NCBI GenBank assembly: GCA_048938295.1
Contig: JBHLMI010000052.1
Span: 1 to 6,919 of the forward strand
Direction of reading: 5' to 3'
DNA from: Promethearchaeota archaeon
GTDB lineage: Archaea > Asgardarchaeota > Hermodarchaeia > Hermodarchaeales > Hermodarchaeaceae
Length of the DNA stretch: 6,919 nucleotides
The notes beneath the pieces are model-generated. The model was not told the origin of the DNA. It worked only from the letters and a program-made list of their open reading frames with translations, and did no database searches. Below are positions 5,902 through 6,919 of the stretch, piece by piece. The translations under genes and the position numbers were made by a program. The stretch's first letter is position 1. Each line of letters begins with the position of its first letter.

Positions 5902-5985
5902 AAAAAAAGGTGGGAGCAATGTTAACTGGAATCCGAGATTATGATATCGAGGATATCAAATCGGATAACTTAGTTTTACTCCCAC
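5902..5985 (-). terminator. Long hairpin (H2) plus U7 tract immediately after the sulfurtransferase stop
   Basis: GTGGGAG/CTCCCAC (5910-16/5979-85), AACT/AGTT, ATCCGA/TCGGAT (5931-36/5961-66) and TGATATC/GATATCA (5942-48/5952-58) close a 3-nt loop. On the minus strand the stem starts 2 nt after TAG and is followed by C-TTTTTTT (5908-5902). Confidence 0.7.
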
Positions 5986-5987
5986 AA

Positions 5988-6919
5988 CTATGTTCCCACC
6001 ATATCCAATGGTGGTTCTACCGGTAGCTCACCTGAACTTGTCCAAGCCTGCCATGAGCCATCATATACTCTGACATTACGATATCCAAGTACCTCACTTA
6101 GCACAAAGAACACTGTACTGGCATAACCTCCAACACCACAATAGACAATGATTTCTCTGTCGCACCTATGCCAACAACACCAATGCCAACCGCCTCTACT
6201 CCTACCAACGATTTGACTTGCCATTTCCCTAAGAATAGCAATATCATAATACTTGGCGGAATATAACCATGTTCCATCCTCATTAGTTTCAAGGCTCCAG
6301 AGTAATGGTGCTGGCAAATTTTTAGCCCCTGGGATATGACCCGGTGTTGGATTAGGAGGCCATGGCTCTACTACTACACCGGAGTAAACGATTGCGTCTC
6401 TAGCATCAACGAGTATAGCCTTCCCAAGCCTACTTTCGACATATTCAGTATCGACAATCATCGATTCTTTCACCCTTCCATTAAACGGAACAGGGGTCAT
6501 CACAGGTAATTCCTGAGTTACTGGGTATCCGTCACTTTCCCAGGCTTCATATCCACCATCGAGGATGCCGACATGATTTACACCTGCATATACTAGTGTC
6601 ATGGCAACTCTAGTGATATCAGCGATATTGTAGAGTCCTATGGGAGGTACAGTTAATGGACCGCTTGTTGAACCAACTACAACTACTTTGGAATTCGCTC
6701 TTATACCATGGGAGCCAAGAAGATTAAATAAATAATCAGCATCAGGCAATTCCATCCACGGTACATCTAATCCAAAGGGAGGATTTGTAATCCAGCGGGA
6801 ACCATTGATACTTATTGCTCCAGGAATATGATTCGCAGCATACAAGTCGTCACTTCTGACATCAATGATCACAAGTCTTGGATGATCAAGCTGTTTGTAA
6901 AGCCAATGGGTGGAAACGA
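5988..6919 (-). CDS. Tandem-domain rhodanese / sulfurtransferase (SseA/TST-like); 5' end lies beyond the right edge
   Basis: The frame stays open past the GTG at 6872 to the edge (VSTHWLYKQLDHPRLVIIDVR, a typical rhodanese N-terminus). Motifs HIPGA (twice), ILDGGYEAW, LVDAR, active site IVYCGVGGYAS (Cys codon 6138-6140) and the C-terminal rhodanese signature VRVYDGSWQAW. Confidence 0.94.
   Translation of the reverse strand, partial: VSTHWLYKQLDHPRLVIIDVRSDDLYAANHIPGAISINGSRWITNPPFGLDVPWMELPDADYLFNLLGSHGIRANSKVVVVGSTSGPLTVPPIGLYNIADITRVAMTLVYAGVNHVGILDGGYEAWESDGYPVTQELPVMTPVPFNGRVKESMIVDTEYVESRLGKAILVDARDAIVYSGVVVEPWPPNPTPGHIPGAKNLPAPLLWSLETNEDGTWLYSAKYYDIAILREMASQIVGRSRGGWHWCCWHRCDREIIVYCGVGGYASTVFFVLSEVLGYRNVRVYDGSWQAWTSSGELPVEPPLDMVGT
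6163..6190 (-). repeat. 15-nt tandem duplication within the sulfurtransferase
   Basis: The minus strand reads GTTGGCATTGGTGTT followed by GTTGGCATAGGTG (12 of 13 identical, period 15 nt), encoding WHWCC/WHRC. Confidence 0.75.

Noticed and set aside
5780-5990. tRNA, C/D-box or H/ACA guide RNA, or CRISPR array in the intergenic region
   Set aside because: No cloverleaf, no RUGAUGA/CUGA pair at proper spacing, no K-turn with a correctly placed ACA and pocket, and no regularly spaced repeats.
6098-6292. 64-aa alternative-frame ORF in the rhodanese gene
   Set aside because: Nested in the main CDS, whose frame keeps rhodanese motifs on both sides. Noted only as a frame to check for sequencing indels.
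6870-6872. GTG start of the sulfurtransferase as given in the ORF track
   Set aside because: The frame continues upstream with a canonical rhodanese N-terminal segment (VSTHWL..LDHPRL), so the true start is outside the window.

Overview
This window looks like archaeal metabolic DNA: it has TATA/BRE-like promoters, GGAGG/GGTGA/GAGGGA Shine-Dalgarno (SD) motifs, TTG starts, U-tract terminators and a binding protein anchored by an N-terminal membrane helix. A Bathyarchaeia/Asgard-like origin is only an impression. From left to right it contains: (1) a Zn-dependent MDR alcohol dehydrogenase on the minus strand that runs off the left edge and is missing from the ORF track; (2) divergent from it, and apparently sharing one palindromic TATA box, a LIV/HAAT-family ABC importer whose binding protein and two permeases are on +, while the two ATPases (livG-livF) are a separate convergent unit on - overlapping livM tail-to-tail; (3) a 301-bp intergenic region holding two long imperfect hairpins; (4) a tandem-domain rhodanese/sulfurtransferase on - that runs off the right edge, with an atypical CGVGGY active-site loop preceded by a duplicated WHWCCWHRC insert. 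The binding protein carries a ~60-aa tail beyond the expected domain end, encoded by hairpin-dense sequence. I found no rRNA, tRNA, CRISPR array, transposase or integrase. All hairpins were found by eye, not by folding software.
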